Below, one piece after another: positions 10,194 through 20,878 of a stretch of 64,000 nucleotides of DNA. Source of the DNA: Escherichia coli (GTDB lineage: Bacteria; Pseudomonadota; Gammaproteobacteria; Enterobacterales; Enterobacteriaceae); the NCBI RefSeq assembly GCF_022846255.1, contig NZ_AP025682.1; one strand, 5' to 3'. How positions within the stretch are numbered: the stretch's first letter is position 1; each line of letters begins with the position of its first letter. The translations under genes and the position numbers were made by a program. The notes under the pieces were generated by a model that searched no databases, was not told the DNA's origin, and saw only the letters and a program-made list of their open reading frames with translations.

Positions 10194-11447
10194 ATGTTAA
10201 AGCGTGAAATGAACATTGCCGATTATGATGCCGAACTGTGGCAGGCTATGGAGCAGGAAAAAGTACGTCAGGAAGAGCACATCGAACTGATCGCCTCCGA
10301 AAACTACACCAGCCCGCGCGTAATGCAGGCGCAGGGTTCTCAGCTGACCAACAAATATGCTGAAGGTTATCCGGGCAAACGCTACTACGGCGGTTGCGAG
10401 TATGTTGATATCGTTGAACAACTGGCGATCGATCGTGCGAAAGAACTGTTCGGCGCTGACTACGCTAACGTCCAGCCGCACTCCGGCTCCCAGGCTAACT
10501 TTGCGGTGTACACCGCGCTGCTGGAACCAGGCGATACCGTTCTGGGTATGAACCTGGCGCATGGCGGTCACCTGACTCACGGTTCTCCGGTTAACTTCTC
10601 CGGTAAACTGTATAACATCGTTCCTTACGGTATCGATGCTACCGGGCATATCGACTACGCCGATCTGGAAAAACAAGCCAAAGAACACAAACCGAAAATG
10701 ATTATCGGTGGCTTCTCTGCATATTCCGGCGTGGTGGACTGGGCGAAAATGCGTGAAATCGCTGACAGCATCGGTGCTTACCTGTTCGTTGATATGGCGC
10801 ACGTTGCGGGCCTGGTTGCAGCTGGCGTCTACCCGAACCCGGTTCCTCATGCTCACGTTGTTACTACCACCACTCACAAAACCCTGGCGGGTCCGCGCGG
10901 CGGCCTGATCCTGGCGAAAGGTGGTAGCGAAGAGCTGTACAAAAAACTGAACTCTGCCGTTTTCCCTGGTGGTCAGGGTGGTCCGTTGATGCACGTAATC
11001 GCCGGTAAAGCGGTTGCTCTGAAAGAAGCAATGGAACCTGAGTTCAAAACTTACCAGCAGCAGGTCGCGAAAAACGCCAAAGCGATGGTAGAAGTGTTCC
11101 TCGAACGTGGCTACAAAGTGGTTTCTGGTGGTACTGATAACCACCTGTTCCTGGTTGATCTGGTTGATAAAAACCTGACCGGTAAAGAAGCAGACGCCGC
11201 TCTGGGCCGTGCTAACATCACCGTGAACAAAAACAGCGTACCGAACGATCCGAAGAGCCCGTTTGTGACTTCCGGTATTCGTGTAGGTACTCCGGCGATT
11301 ACCCGTCGTGGCTTTAAAGAAGCCGAAGCGAAAGAACTGGCTGGCTGGATGTGTGACGTGCTGGACAGCATCAATGATGAAGCCGTTATCGAGCGCATCA
11401 AAGGTAAAGTTCTCGACATCTGCGCACGTTACCCGGTTTACGCATAA
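10194..11447 (+). CDS. glyA: serine hydroxymethyltransferase
   Basis: 417 aa from ATG 10194 (AGGAG Shine-Dalgarno 6 nt upstream); PLP-lysine motif [14 protein letters not shown]. Confidence 0.96.
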
Positions 11448-11470
11448 GCGAAACGGTTAATCTGTTGAAA

Positions 11471-11494
11471 AAAGGCTTCCTTCGGGAAGCCTTT
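11471..11494. terminator. bidirectional intrinsic terminator between glyA and yphH
   Basis: AAAGGCTTCC-ttcg-GGAAGCCTTT hairpin flanked by an A-run upstream and T-rich sequence downstream. Confidence 0.6.
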
Positions 11495-11510
11495 CTACGT
11501 TATCGCGCCA

Positions 11511-12704
11511 TCAAATCTGCCGTAACTGCGCCTCAACATACAAATAGCCAATTCCCAGTACCTGTTGTGCGCGGCTTAATTGCCCAAAGCCAATCTGTGT
11601 CGCTTTCACGCTCGGTCCTTCGTCGCGGTCGAACGGGTTAAATCCCGTCTGGCGAATAATGGTATTAAGCCAGTTCTCACCAAAGGCACAACTGCGACCG
11701 TACAACCAAATCTGATTAATATTGAGGATGTTGAGGAAGTTATACAGACTCAAACCAATGGCGTTGGCACTGTGGTCAACCCAACTGGTGATCCACGGTT
11801 CTCCACTCTGCCAGGCAGCGATTAACTGCGCGGTAGTCAGTTTTTCAGGATCAAGCTGAGTATTAACCGGTTGTGATTTTAGCCATACCCGCGCCTGTTT
11901 TTTTAATGCGCTTAACGAGGCGACGGTTTCCAGGCAGCCATAACGTCCGCAGTCGCAGACGACGCCATCCGGATTAACGATGGTGTGACCAATCTGTCCG
12001 CTACCATACAAACTGCCGCGATAAATTTGCTCGTTAATCACGAACGACGAGCCAATGCCGTAATCAACGTTGATCACGCAGAAATCCCGGCCCTGCGAAT
12101 TATTTTGCCATTTCTCCGCCAGCGCCAGCATCACGCAGTCATTATCGACCATCACCCGAATGCCGAGCTTCTCTTCCAGCAGATATTTTACCTCAACCGG
12201 CGTTGTCCACGGCGCTTGCGGCATGGTTTGCGACACGCCGGTCACCGGATCAACCTGACCGTGGATTGCCAGCGCCAGGTTGATGGTACGGTCCGGCCAC
12301 AATTTACGGTGGCGATGCCAGCATTTTTCGATTTCGGACAGCAGCGCCTGCGGCGTCGGTGCATCAATCTGTAAATACTCAAATTCACCTTTCGGACTTA
12401 AACAAGCATTAGCAACCTGACACTCAATACTGGTGGGCGTCACGTTCAGGCACAGCGTCCAGTCACCTTCCGGCGCAATCAGCCATGTACCGCTACTATG
12501 CCCGCGCGTCTGGCTTTCATCGTCGATATTCACCACCCGTTTTTCGCTTTCCAGTTCCTGCAAAATATTACTGACTGCCGGAATCGAAATTTGCGCCAGC
12601 CGGGCCAGTGTCGATTTATTGGCGCGCTTTTGCCGGTACAGCAGTTCCAGAATCACGCATTTGTTATGGTGGCGAATCTGTTGATTATTAATGCAGGCTC
12701 TCAT
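11511..12704 (-). CDS. yphH: ROK-family (NagC/XylR-like) transcriptional regulator
   Basis: N-terminal wHTH (STLARLAQISIPAVSNILQELE) and ROK sugar-kinase-like fold with CxCGxxGC zinc motif (CDCGRYGC); start trimmed to the second ATG. Confidence 0.85.
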   Translation of the reverse strand: MRACINNQQIRHHNKCVILELLYRQKRANKSTLARLAQISIPAVSNILQELESEKRVVNIDDESQTRGHSSGTWLIAPEGDWTLCLNVTPTSIECQVANACLSPKGEFEYLQIDAPTPQALLSEIEKCWHRHRKLWPDRTINLALAIHGQVDPVTGVSQTMPQAPWTTPVEVKYLLEEKLGIRVMVDNDCVMLALAEKWQNNSQGRDFCVINVDYGIGSSFVINEQIYRGSLYGSGQIGHTIVNPDGVVCDCGRYGCLETVASLSALKKQARVWLKSQPVNTQLDPEKLTTAQLIAAWQSGEPWITSWVDHSANAIGLSLYNFLNILNINQIWLYGRSCAFGENWLNTIIRQTGFNPFDRDEGPSVKATQIGFGQLSRAQQVLGIGYLYVEAQLRQI

Positions 12705-12821
12705 CTTCACTAAACCTTGTTTAGTTAATTGCGTGATTATTCCACGAAAACATTGCCAGATTGTTCAATACACTGCCACAAATCTTTTAATTCAGTATGT
12801 CTTGTTAATATTGAGGGTACC

Positions 12822-15800
12822 ATGACTCCAGTAAAAGTGTGGCAAGAGCGCGTTGAGATCCCGACCTATGAAACCGGGCCGCAGGATATACATCCCATGT
12901 TCCTGGAAAATCGCGTTTATCAGGGATCGTCCGGCGCGGTTTATCCCTACGGCGTGACCGATACGCTGAGCGAGCAGAAAACCCTGAAATCCTGGCAGGC
13001 GGTGTGGCTGGAAAACGACTACATCAAAGTGATGATCCTGCCGGAACTGGGCGGTCGGGTGCATCGCGCGTGGGATAAAGTGAAACAGCGCGATTTTGTT
13101 TATCACAATGAAGTCATTAAACCGGCGCTGGTGGGACTGCTGGGGCCGTGGATCTCCGGCGGGATTGAGTTTAACTGGCCGCAACACCATCGCCCGACCA
13201 CCTTTATGCCCGTTGATTTCACCCTCGAAGCCCATGACGACGGCGCACAGACGGTGTGGGTCGGCGAAACGGAGCCGATGCACGGTTTACAGGTGATGAC
13301 AGGTTTCACCCTGCGCCCTGACCGGGCGGCGCTGGAAATCGCCAGTCGCGTCTATAACGGCAACGCCACGCCGCGTCATTTCTTGTGGTGGGCCAACCCG
13401 GCAGTGAAAGGGGGTGAAGGGCATCAGAGCGTTTTCCCACCGGATGTGACTGCGGTGTTTGATCACGGCAAACGGGCCGTCTCCGCTTTCCCCATCGCCA
13501 CCGGCACTTACTACAAAGTGGACTACTCCGCCGGAGTGGACATTTCTCGCTATAAAAATGTGCCCGTTCCAACCTCATATATGGCTGAAAAATCACAGTA
13601 CGATTTTGTTGGCGCGTGGTGTCACGATGAAGATGGTGGTTTGCTACACGTTGCCAACCACCATATTGCGCCAGGTAAAAAACAGTGGAGCTGGGGACAC
13701 AGTGAATTTGGCCAGGCGTGGGATAAGAGCCTGACCGACAATAACGGTCCGTATATCGAACTGATGACCGGTATTTTTGCCGATAACCAGCCTGATTTTA
13801 CCTGGCTTGATGCTTACGAGGAGAAGCGTTTCGAGCAGTATTTCCTGCCTTACCATTCTTTGGGCATGGTGCAAAACGCCTCCCGCGATGCGGTGATTAA
13901 ACTCCAGCGTAGCGAGCGGGGGATTGAGTGGGGGCTGTATGCCATCTCTCCGTTGAACGGATACCGTCTGGCGATCCGCGAAATCGGCAAATGCAACGCG
14001 TTGCTCGATGATGCGGTGGTCCTGACACCAGCGACCGCCATCCAGGGCGTGTTGCACGGTATCAATCCTGAAAGGCTGACCATTGAGCTCTCCGATGCCG
14101 ACGGCAATATTGTACTGAGTTATCAGGAACATCAGCCGCAAGCGTTGCCGTTGCCGGACGTCGCCAAAGCGCCACTGGCAGCACAAGACATTACCAGTAC
14201 AGATGAAGCCTGGTTTATCGGTCAACATCTGGAGCAATATCATCACGCCAGCCGTTCACCGTTCGATTACTATCTGCGCGGCGTGGCGCTGGATCCGCTG
14301 GATTATCGCTGTAATCTGGCGCTGGCAATGCTGGAATATAACCGTGCCGATTTCCCGCAAGCGGTGGTATATGCCAGTCAGGCACTGAAACGCGCACATG
14401 CGCTGAACAAAAATCCGCAGTGCGGACAGGCGAGTTTGATTCGCGCCAGCGCTTACGAACGTCAGGGGCAATATCAACAAGCCGAAGAGGATTTCTGGCG
14501 TGCGGTCTGGAGCGGCAACAGTAAAGCGGGCGGCTATTATGGTCTGGCACGACTGGCGGCGCGTAATGGTAACTTCGACACTGGTCTGGATTTTTGCCAA
14601 CAAAGTCTTCGCGCCTGCCCAACCAATCAGGAAGTGCTTTGCCTGCATAACCTGCTACTGGTGTTAAGTGGTCGTCAGGACAACGCGCGTTTGCAGCGCG
14701 AGAAACTGCTGCGTGATTATCCGCTGAACGCCACTCTGTGGTGGCTGAACTGGTTCGATGGTCGTAGCGAATCAGCCCTCGCGCAGTGGCGAGGTCTTTG
14801 TCAGGGACGCGACGTTAACGCCCTGATGACCGCCGGGCAACTGATTAACTGGGGCATGCCCGCCCTGGCGGCAGATATGCTGAACGCACTGGACTGTCAG
14901 CGCACGCTACCGCTTTACCTGCAAGCCAGTTTGCTACCAAAAGCTGAACGCGGAGAACTGGTCGTAAAAGCTATTGATGCCTTCCCGCAGTTTGTCCGTT
15001 TCCCTAATACGCTGGAAGAAGTGGCGGCGCTGGAGAGTATCGAAGAGTGCTGGTTTGCCCGGCATTTACTGGCCTGCTTCTACTACAACAAGCGTAGCTA
15101 CGGCAAAGCCATTGCCTTATGGCAGCGTTGCGTAGAGATGTCGCCGGAGTTTGCCGACGGCTGGCGCGGGTTGGCGATCCATGCGTGGAATAAGCAGCAC
15201 GATTATGAGCTGGCCGCGCGTTATCTTGATAATGCTTATCAGCTTGCGCCGCAGGATGCACGTCTGCTTTTCGAACGGGATTTGCTGGATAAGTTAAGCG
15301 GTGTCACACCGGAGAAACGACTGGCGCGTCTGGAAAATAATCTGGAAATTGCGCTGAAACGCGACGACATGACCGCAGAACTGCTCAATTTGTGGCATCT
15401 CACTGGTCAGGCAGACAAAGCGGCGGACATTCTCGCCACGCGCAAATTCCACCCGTGGGAAGGTGGGGAAGGGAAGGTCACCAGCCAGTTTATCCTCAAC
15501 CAGTTATTACGCGCCTGGCAGCATCTTGATGCCAGAGAGCCGCAGCAGGCCAGCGAACTGCTTCATGCCGCGCTGCATTATCCGGAGAATTTAAGCGAAG
15601 GCCGTTTACCGGGGCAAACTGACAACGACATCTGGTTCTGGCAGGCAGTATGCGCCAACGTGCAGGGCGATGAAACTGAAGCGACGCGTTGTTTACGTCT
15701 GGCGGCGACCGGCGATCGCACCATTAACATCCACAGTTATTACAACGATCAGCCGGTTGATTATCTCTTCTGGCAAGGAATGGCGCTGCGACTGCTGGGC

Positions 15801-16103
15801 GAACAACACACCGCACAGCAACTGTTTAGTGAAATGAAACAGTGGGCACAAGAGATGGCGAAAACCAGTATCGAAGCGGATTTCTTTGCCGTCTCGCAGC
15901 CTGACTTGTTGTCGCTGTATGGCGATTTACAACAGCAGCATAAAGAAAAATGCCTGATGGTGGCGATGCTGGCGGCCGCGGGATTAGGGGAGGTTGCGCA
16001 CTATGAATCTGCTCGCGCTGAATTGATGGCGATTAATCCAGCCTGGCCGAAAGCGGCATTATTCACCACCGTGATGCCTTTTATTTTTAGCTACGTTCAC
16101 TAA
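12822..16103 (+). CDS. yphG: large uncharacterized TPR-containing protein (DUF5107-type)
   Basis: About 1093-aa ORF from ATG 12822 (GAGGG Shine-Dalgarno); the upstream TTG start of the ORF track was rejected; C-terminal region rich in TPR-like helical repeats. Confidence 0.82.
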   Translation: MTPVKVWQERVEIPTYETGPQDIHPMFLENRVYQGSSGAVYPYGVTDTLSEQKTLKSWQAVWLENDYIKVMILPELGGRVHRAWDKVKQRDFVYHNEVIKPALVGLLGPWISGGIEFNWPQHHRPTTFMPVDFTLEAHDDGAQTVWVGETEPMHGLQVMTGFTLRPDRAALEIASRVYNGNATPRHFLWWANPAVKGGEGHQSVFPPDVTAVFDHGKRAVSAFPIATGTYYKVDYSAGVDISRYKNVPVPTSYMAEKSQYDFVGAWCHDEDGGLLHVANHHIAPGKKQWSWGHSEFGQAWDKSLTDNNGPYIELMTGIFADNQPDFTWLDAYEEKRFEQYFLPYHSLGMVQNASRDAVIKLQRSERGIEWGLYAISPLNGYRLAIREIGKCNALLDDAVVLTPATAIQGVLHGINPERLTIELSDADGNIVLSYQEHQPQALPLPDVAKAPLAAQDITSTDEAWFIGQHLEQYHHASRSPFDYYLRGVALDPLDYRCNLALAMLEYNRADFPQAVVYASQALKRAHALNKNPQCGQASLIRASAYERQGQYQQAEEDFWRAVWSGNSKAGGYYGLARLAARNGNFDTGLDFCQQSLRACPTNQEVLCLHNLLLVLSGRQDNARLQREKLLRDYPLNATLWWLNWFDGRSESALAQWRGLCQGRDVNALMTAGQLINWGMPALAADMLNALDCQRTLPLYLQASLLPKAERGELVVKAIDAFPQFVRFPNTLEEVAALESIEECWFARHLLACFYYNKRSYGKAIALWQRCVEMSPEFADGWRGLAIHAWNKQHDYELAARYLDNAYQLAPQDARLLFERDLLDKLSGVTPEKRLARLENNLEIALKRDDMTAELLNLWHLTGQADKAADILATRKFHPWEGGEGKVTSQFILNQLLRAWQHLDAREPQQASELLHAALHYPENLSEGRLPGQTDNDIWFWQAVCANVQGDETEATRCLRLAATGDRTINIHSYYNDQPVDYLFWQGMALRLLGEQHTAQQLFSEMKQWAQEMAKTSIEADFFAVSQPDLLSLYGDLQQQHKEKCLMVAMLAAAGLGEVAHYESARAELMAINPAWPKAALFTTVMPFIFSYVH

Positions 16104-16199
16104 ACCCTATTAACTGTAATATTTGAGCGGCACGCGCTGCCGCTCACGCTCAAATAATTAAAATAAGCCGTTGTAAATAAAAACCCTACAGGAGGCACT

Positions 16200-17183
16200 A
16201 TGCCTAAAAAAATGACAAGAACCCGTAATTTATTATTAATAGCTACGCTATTGGGTAGCGCACTATTTGCCAGGGCTTCTGATAAAGACATGACTATTGG
16301 CGCAATATACCTTGATACCCAGGGATATTACGCCGGAGTGCGTCAGGGCGTTCAGGATGCGGCAAAAGATTCTTCAGTACAGGTACAGTTAATTGAAACT
16401 AACGCTCAGGGCGATATTTCGAAAGAAAGTACCTTTGTTGATACCCTCGTGGCGCGTAATGTCGATGCCATTATTTTATCGGCAGTGTCTGAAAATGGCA
16501 GTAGCCGTACCGTTCGTCGCGCCAGTGAAGCGGGTATTCCGGTGATTTGCTACAACACCTGTATTAATCAAAAGGGTGTCGATAAATATGTCTCGGCATA
16601 TCTGGTTGGTGACCCGCTGGAATTTGGTAAAAAACTGGGTAACGCAGCCGCCGATTATTTTATTGCCAACAAAATTGACCAGCCGAAAATTGCCGTCATC
16701 AATTGCGAAGCCTTTGAAGTTTGTGTGCAGCGACGTAAAGGATTTGAAGAAGTATTAAAATCCCGCGTTCCCGGCGCGCAAATAGTCGCTAATCAGGAAG
16801 GGACTGTTTTAGATAAAGCGATTTCCGTTGGTGAAAAACTGATTATCTCCACGCCGGATCTCAACGCCATTATGGGGGAATCGGGCGGAGCGACACTCGG
16901 CGCGGTAAAAGCGGTACGTAATCAAAATCAGGCCGGAAAAATTGCTGTTTTCGGTTCGGATATGACCACTGAAATTGCTCAGGAGCTGGAAAACAATCAG
17001 GTGTTGAAAGCGGTGGTGGATATTTCCGGTAAGAAAATGGGCAATGCTGTTTTCGCGCAAACTTTGAAGGTTATCAATAAACAAGCCGACGGTGAAAAAG
17101 TGATTCAGGTGCCTATCGATCTCTATACCAAAACGGAAGACGGTAAACAGTGGCTGGCAACGCACGTTGATGGTCTGCCCTAA
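16200..17183 (+). CDS. yphF: periplasmic sugar-binding protein of an ABC transporter
   Basis: 327 aa with signal peptide (LLLIATLLGSALFARA), periplasmic-binding-protein type I fold. Confidence 0.88.
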   Translation: MPKKMTRTRNLLLIATLLGSALFARASDKDMTIGAIYLDTQGYYAGVRQGVQDAAKDSSVQVQLIETNAQGDISKESTFVDTLVARNVDAIILSAVSENGSSRTVRRASEAGIPVICYNTCINQKGVDKYVSAYLVGDPLEFGKKLGNAAADYFIANKIDQPKIAVINCEAFEVCVQRRKGFEEVLKSRVPGAQIVANQEGTVLDKAISVGEKLIISTPDLNAIMGESGGATLGAVKAVRNQNQAGKIAVFGSDMTTEIAQELENNQVLKAVVDISGKKMGNAVFAQTLKVINKQADGEKVIQVPIDLYTKTEDGKQWLATHVDGLP

Positions 17184-17205
17184 TCGCTGATTCGCAGAGG
17201 TCCCT

Positions 17206-18717
17206 ATGTTCACGGCAACAGAGGCAGTCCCGGTAGCAAAAGTGGTGGCAGGAAATAAGCGTTACCCCGGCGTCGTTGCGCTGGATAACGTTAACTTCAC
17301 GCTCAATAAAGGCGAAGTTCGCGCGCTGTTAGGCAAAAACGGTGCGGGAAAATCGACCCTCATTCGAATGCTGACCGGTAGCGAACGTCCGGATAGCGGT
17401 GATATCTGGATTGGCGAGACGCGACTGGAAGGTGACGAAGCTACGCTGACTCGCCGTGCCGCTGAACTGGGGGTTCGTGCGGTTTATCAGGAGTTAAGTC
17501 TGGTGGAAGGGCTGACAGTGGCGGAAAACCTCTGCCTCGGTCAGTGGCCCCGCCGCAACGGCATGATTGATTACCTGCAAATGGCGCAGGACGCCCAACG
17601 TTGCTTGCAGGCGTTGGGCGTTGACGTTAGTCCTGAACAACTTGTTTCAACACTAAGCCCGGCGCAAAAGCAACTGGTGGAAATTGCGCGGGTGATGAAG
17701 GGCGAGCCGCGCGTGGTCATTCTTGATGAACCCACCAGCTCGCTTGCCAGTGCGGAAGTTGAACTGGTGATCAGCGCGGTGAAAAAGATGTCGGCACTGG
17801 GCGTGGCGGTGATTTATGTCAGCCACCGGATGGAAGAAATTCGCCGCATTGCCTCCTGTGCCACCGTTATGCGCGATGGTCAGGTGGCGGGCGATGTGAT
17901 GCTCGAAAACACCTCTACGCATCATATTGTGTCGCTAATGCTCGGGCGCGATCACGTTGATATTGCGCCGGTTGCCCCTCAGGAAATTATGGATCAGGCC
18001 GTGCTGGAAGTCCGTGCGTTACGCCATAAGCCCAAGCTGGAGGATATCAGCTTTACGCTACGTCGCGGCGAAGTGCTCGGCATTGCTGGCCTGCTGGGGG
18101 CAGGGCGCAGTGAATTGCTGAAGGCGATTGTTGGGCTGGAGACGTATGAACAGGGCGAAATTGTTATCAACGGCGAGAAAATCACGCGCCCCGATTACGG
18201 CGACATGCTGAAACGCGGCATTGGCTATACGCCAGAAAACCGCAAAGAAGCGGGGATCATTCCCTGGCTGGGCGTTGACGAAAATACAGTGCTGACCAAT
18301 CGGCAAAAAATCAGCGCCAACGGTGTGCTGCAATGGTCCACCATCCGCCGCCTGACCGAAGAGGTGATGCAGCGGATGACGGTCAAGGCCGCCAGTAGCG
18401 AAACGCCCATCGGCACGCTTTCTGGCGGCAATCAGCAAAAAGTGGTGATCGGTCGTTGGGTCTATGCCGCCAGCCAGATTTTGTTGCTCGACGAGCCAAC
18501 GCGTGGCGTCGATATCGAAGCCAAACAGCAGATTTACCGTATTGTCCGCGAGCTGGCTGCCGAAGGAAAAAGCGTGGTGTTTATCTCCAGTGAAGTGGAG
18601 GAGTTGCCGCTGGTGTGTGACCGCATCCTGTTATTACAGCACGGCACGTTCTCGCAGGAGTTTCACTCTCCGGTCAATGTGGATGAGCTGATGTCCGCCA
18701 TTCTGTCTGTGCACTGA
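17206..18717 (+). CDS. yphE: sugar ABC transporter ATP-binding protein (tandem ATPase domains)
   Basis: 503 aa with two nucleotide-binding domains (Walker A GKNGAGKST, signature LSGGNQQK). Confidence 0.9.
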   Translation: MFTATEAVPVAKVVAGNKRYPGVVALDNVNFTLNKGEVRALLGKNGAGKSTLIRMLTGSERPDSGDIWIGETRLEGDEATLTRRAAELGVRAVYQELSLVEGLTVAENLCLGQWPRRNGMIDYLQMAQDAQRCLQALGVDVSPEQLVSTLSPAQKQLVEIARVMKGEPRVVILDEPTSSLASAEVELVISAVKKMSALGVAVIYVSHRMEEIRRIASCATVMRDGQVAGDVMLENTSTHHIVSLMLGRDHVDIAPVAPQEIMDQAVLEVRALRHKPKLEDISFTLRRGEVLGIAGLLGAGRSELLKAIVGLETYEQGEIVINGEKITRPDYGDMLKRGIGYTPENRKEAGIIPWLGVDENTVLTNRQKISANGVLQWSTIRRLTEEVMQRMTVKAASSETPIGTLSGGNQQKVVIGRWVYAASQILLLDEPTRGVDIEAKQQIYRIVRELAAEGKSVVFISSEVEELPLVCDRILLLQHGTFSQEFHSPVNVDELMSAILSVH

Positions 18718-18741
18718 TGAATTTTACCGAGGAACCTGAAG

Positions 18742-19740
18742 ATGTCTGCTTCGTCATTACCATTGCCGCAGGGCAAGAGCGTCTCGCTCAAACAATTTGT
18801 CAGTCGCCATATTAATGAGATCGGTTTGCTGGTGGTGATTGCCATTCTTTATCTGGTCTTCTCCCTGAACGCGCCTGGCTTTATCTCATTGAATAACCAG
18901 ATGAACGTGCTGCGCGATGCCGCCACCATCGGGATCGCCGCCTGGGCGATGACGCTGATTATTATCTCCGGTGAAATTGATGTCAGCGTTGGGCCGATGG
19001 TGGCTTTTGTTTCAGTGTGCTTGGCGTTTTTGCTGCAATTTGAAGTTCCGCTGGCGATTGCTTGTCTGCTGGTGTTGCTGTTAGGTGCGCTGATGGGAAC
19101 GCTGGCCGGGGTGCTGCGCGGCGTGTTTAATGTGCCAAGTTTTGTTGCCACGCTGGGTTTATGGAGCGCCCTGCGCGGAATGGGGCTGTTTATGACGAAC
19201 GCCTTGCCAGTGCCAATTAACGAAAACGAAGTGCTGGACTGGCTGGGCGGACAATTTCTCGGTGTGCCGGTATCCGCGCTGATCATGATGGTGTTATTTG
19301 CGCTGTTTGTGTTCATTAGCCGCAAAACCGCCTTCGGGCGCTCGGTTTTTGCTGTTGGCGGTAATGCCACTGCAGCGCAGTTGTGCGGTATTAACGTTCG
19401 TCGGGTACGCATTCTTATTTTTACCCTTTCGGGATTATTAGCGGCGGTGACCGGCATTTTGTTGGCGGCGCGCCTCGGTTCCGGTAACGCAGGTGCCGCA
19501 AACGGTCTGGAGTTTGACGTCATCGCCGCGGTCGTGGTCGGCGGTACGGCGCTTTCCGGTGGTCGCGGCTCGTTGTTCGGTACGCTGCTTGGCGTACTGG
19601 TGATTACGCTAATCGGTAACGGTCTGGTGCTGCTCGGGATTAACTCCTTTTTCCAGCAGGTGGTGCGCGGCGTCATCATCGTGGTGGCGGTGCTGGCGAA
19701 TATCTTGCTGACCCAGCGTAGCAGTAAAGCGAAACGCTAA
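18742..19740 (+). CDS. yphD: sugar ABC transporter permease
   Basis: 332 aa, highly hydrophobic multi-pass membrane protein of the ribose/xylose permease family. Confidence 0.88.
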   Translation: MSASSLPLPQGKSVSLKQFVSRHINEIGLLVVIAILYLVFSLNAPGFISLNNQMNVLRDAATIGIAAWAMTLIIISGEIDVSVGPMVAFVSVCLAFLLQFEVPLAIACLLVLLLGALMGTLAGVLRGVFNVPSFVATLGLWSALRGMGLFMTNALPVPINENEVLDWLGGQFLGVPVSALIMMVLFALFVFISRKTAFGRSVFAVGGNATAAQLCGINVRRVRILIFTLSGLLAAVTGILLAARLGSGNAGAANGLEFDVIAAVVVGGTALSGGRGSLFGTLLGVLVITLIGNGLVLLGINSFFQQVVRGVIIVVAVLANILLTQRSSKAKR

Positions 19741-19805
19741 ACCTTAACGCCCCTGGCGCGGGTGCGGCAGGGATGAAAATTAATCGTATTGTTAATGAGG
19801 GATTT

Positions 19806-20867
19806 ATGAAAACGATGCTGGCAGCTTATTTACCAGGAAATTCGACCGTCGATCTGCGGGAAGTTGCGGTGCCGACGCCGGGTATTAACCAGGTACTGAT
19901 CAAAATGAAATCCTCCGGAATTTGCGGAAGCGATGTCCACTATATCTACCACCAGCACCGCGCTACGGCGGCGGCACCCGATAAACCGTTATACCAGGGA
20001 TTTATCAACGGTCATGAACCGTGCGGGCAAATTGTGGCGATGGGGCAAGGCTGCCGCCATTTTAAAGAGGGCGACCGTGTGCTGGTGTATCATATTTCTG
20101 GCTGTGGTTTTTGCCCGAACTGCCGTCGTGGTTTTCCTATCTCTTGTACTGGCGAAGGAAAAGCGGCTTACGGCTGGCAGCGTGACGGCGGCCATGCTGA
20201 ATACCTGCTGGCGGAAGAAAAAGATCTGATCCTCCTGCCGGATGCACTGAGTTACGAAGATGGTGCGTTTATCAGTTGCGGCGTTGGTACAGCGTATGAA
20301 GGGATTTTGCGCGGCGAAGTTTCCGGCAGTGATAACGTGCTGGTGGTCGGTCTGGGGCCGGTCGGCATGATGGCGATGATGCTGGCAAAAGGTCGCGGTG
20401 CAAAAAGGATCATCGGCGTTGATATGCTGCCGGAACGTCTGGCGATGGCGAAACAGTTAGGAGTGATGGATCACGGCTATTTAGCGACTACCGAAGGTCT
20501 GTCGCAGATAATCGCCGAACTCACTCACGGCGGCGCGGATGTTGCGCTTGATTGTTCCGGTAATGCCGCAGGTCGCTTACTGGCACTGCAATCCACCGCT
20601 GACTGGGGACGCGTGGTTTACATTGGTGAAACCGGAAAAGTGGAGTTCGAGGTTAGCGCCGACCTGATGCACCATCAACGGCGGATTATCGGCTCCTGGG
20701 TGACCAGTTTGTTCCATATGGAAAAATGCGCCCACGATTTAACGGACTGGAAACTGTGGCCGCGTAACGCCATTACCCATCGTTTCTCGCTGGAACAGGC
20801 GGGAGATGCTTATGCACTGATGGCAAGCGGCAAATGTGGGAAAGTTGTGATTAATTTCCCGGATTAA
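19806..20867 (+). CDS. yphC: zinc-dependent medium-chain alcohol/polyol dehydrogenase
   Basis: 353 aa from ATG 19806; GHE zinc-ligand motif, structural-zinc cysteines CGFCPNCRRG, Rossmann GLGPVG. Confidence 0.85.
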   Translation: MKTMLAAYLPGNSTVDLREVAVPTPGINQVLIKMKSSGICGSDVHYIYHQHRATAAAPDKPLYQGFINGHEPCGQIVAMGQGCRHFKEGDRVLVYHISGCGFCPNCRRGFPISCTGEGKAAYGWQRDGGHAEYLLAEEKDLILLPDALSYEDGAFISCGVGTAYEGILRGEVSGSDNVLVVGLGPVGMMAMMLAKGRGAKRIIGVDMLPERLAMAKQLGVMDHGYLATTEGLSQIIAELTHGGADVALDCSGNAAGRLLALQSTADWGRVVYIGETGKVEFEVSADLMHHQRRIIGSWVTSLFHMEKCAHDLTDWKLWPRNAITHRFSLEQAGDAYALMASGKCGKVVINFPD

Positions 20868-20878
20868 GGAGTCTGCGG

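Noticed and set aside
10197-11144. 315-aa minus-strand ORF antisense to glyA
   Set aside because: Embedded in glyA on the opposite strand; low-complexity translation; glyA identification is unambiguous.
13644-14246. 200-aa minus-strand ORF (and several shorter ones) within yphG
   Set aside because: Antisense to the long yphG frame with no independent support.
18849-19679. 276-aa minus-strand ORF antisense to yphD
   Set aside because: Pro/Thr/Ser/Ala-rich low-complexity translation of the reverse strand of a membrane-protein gene; not a credible protein.
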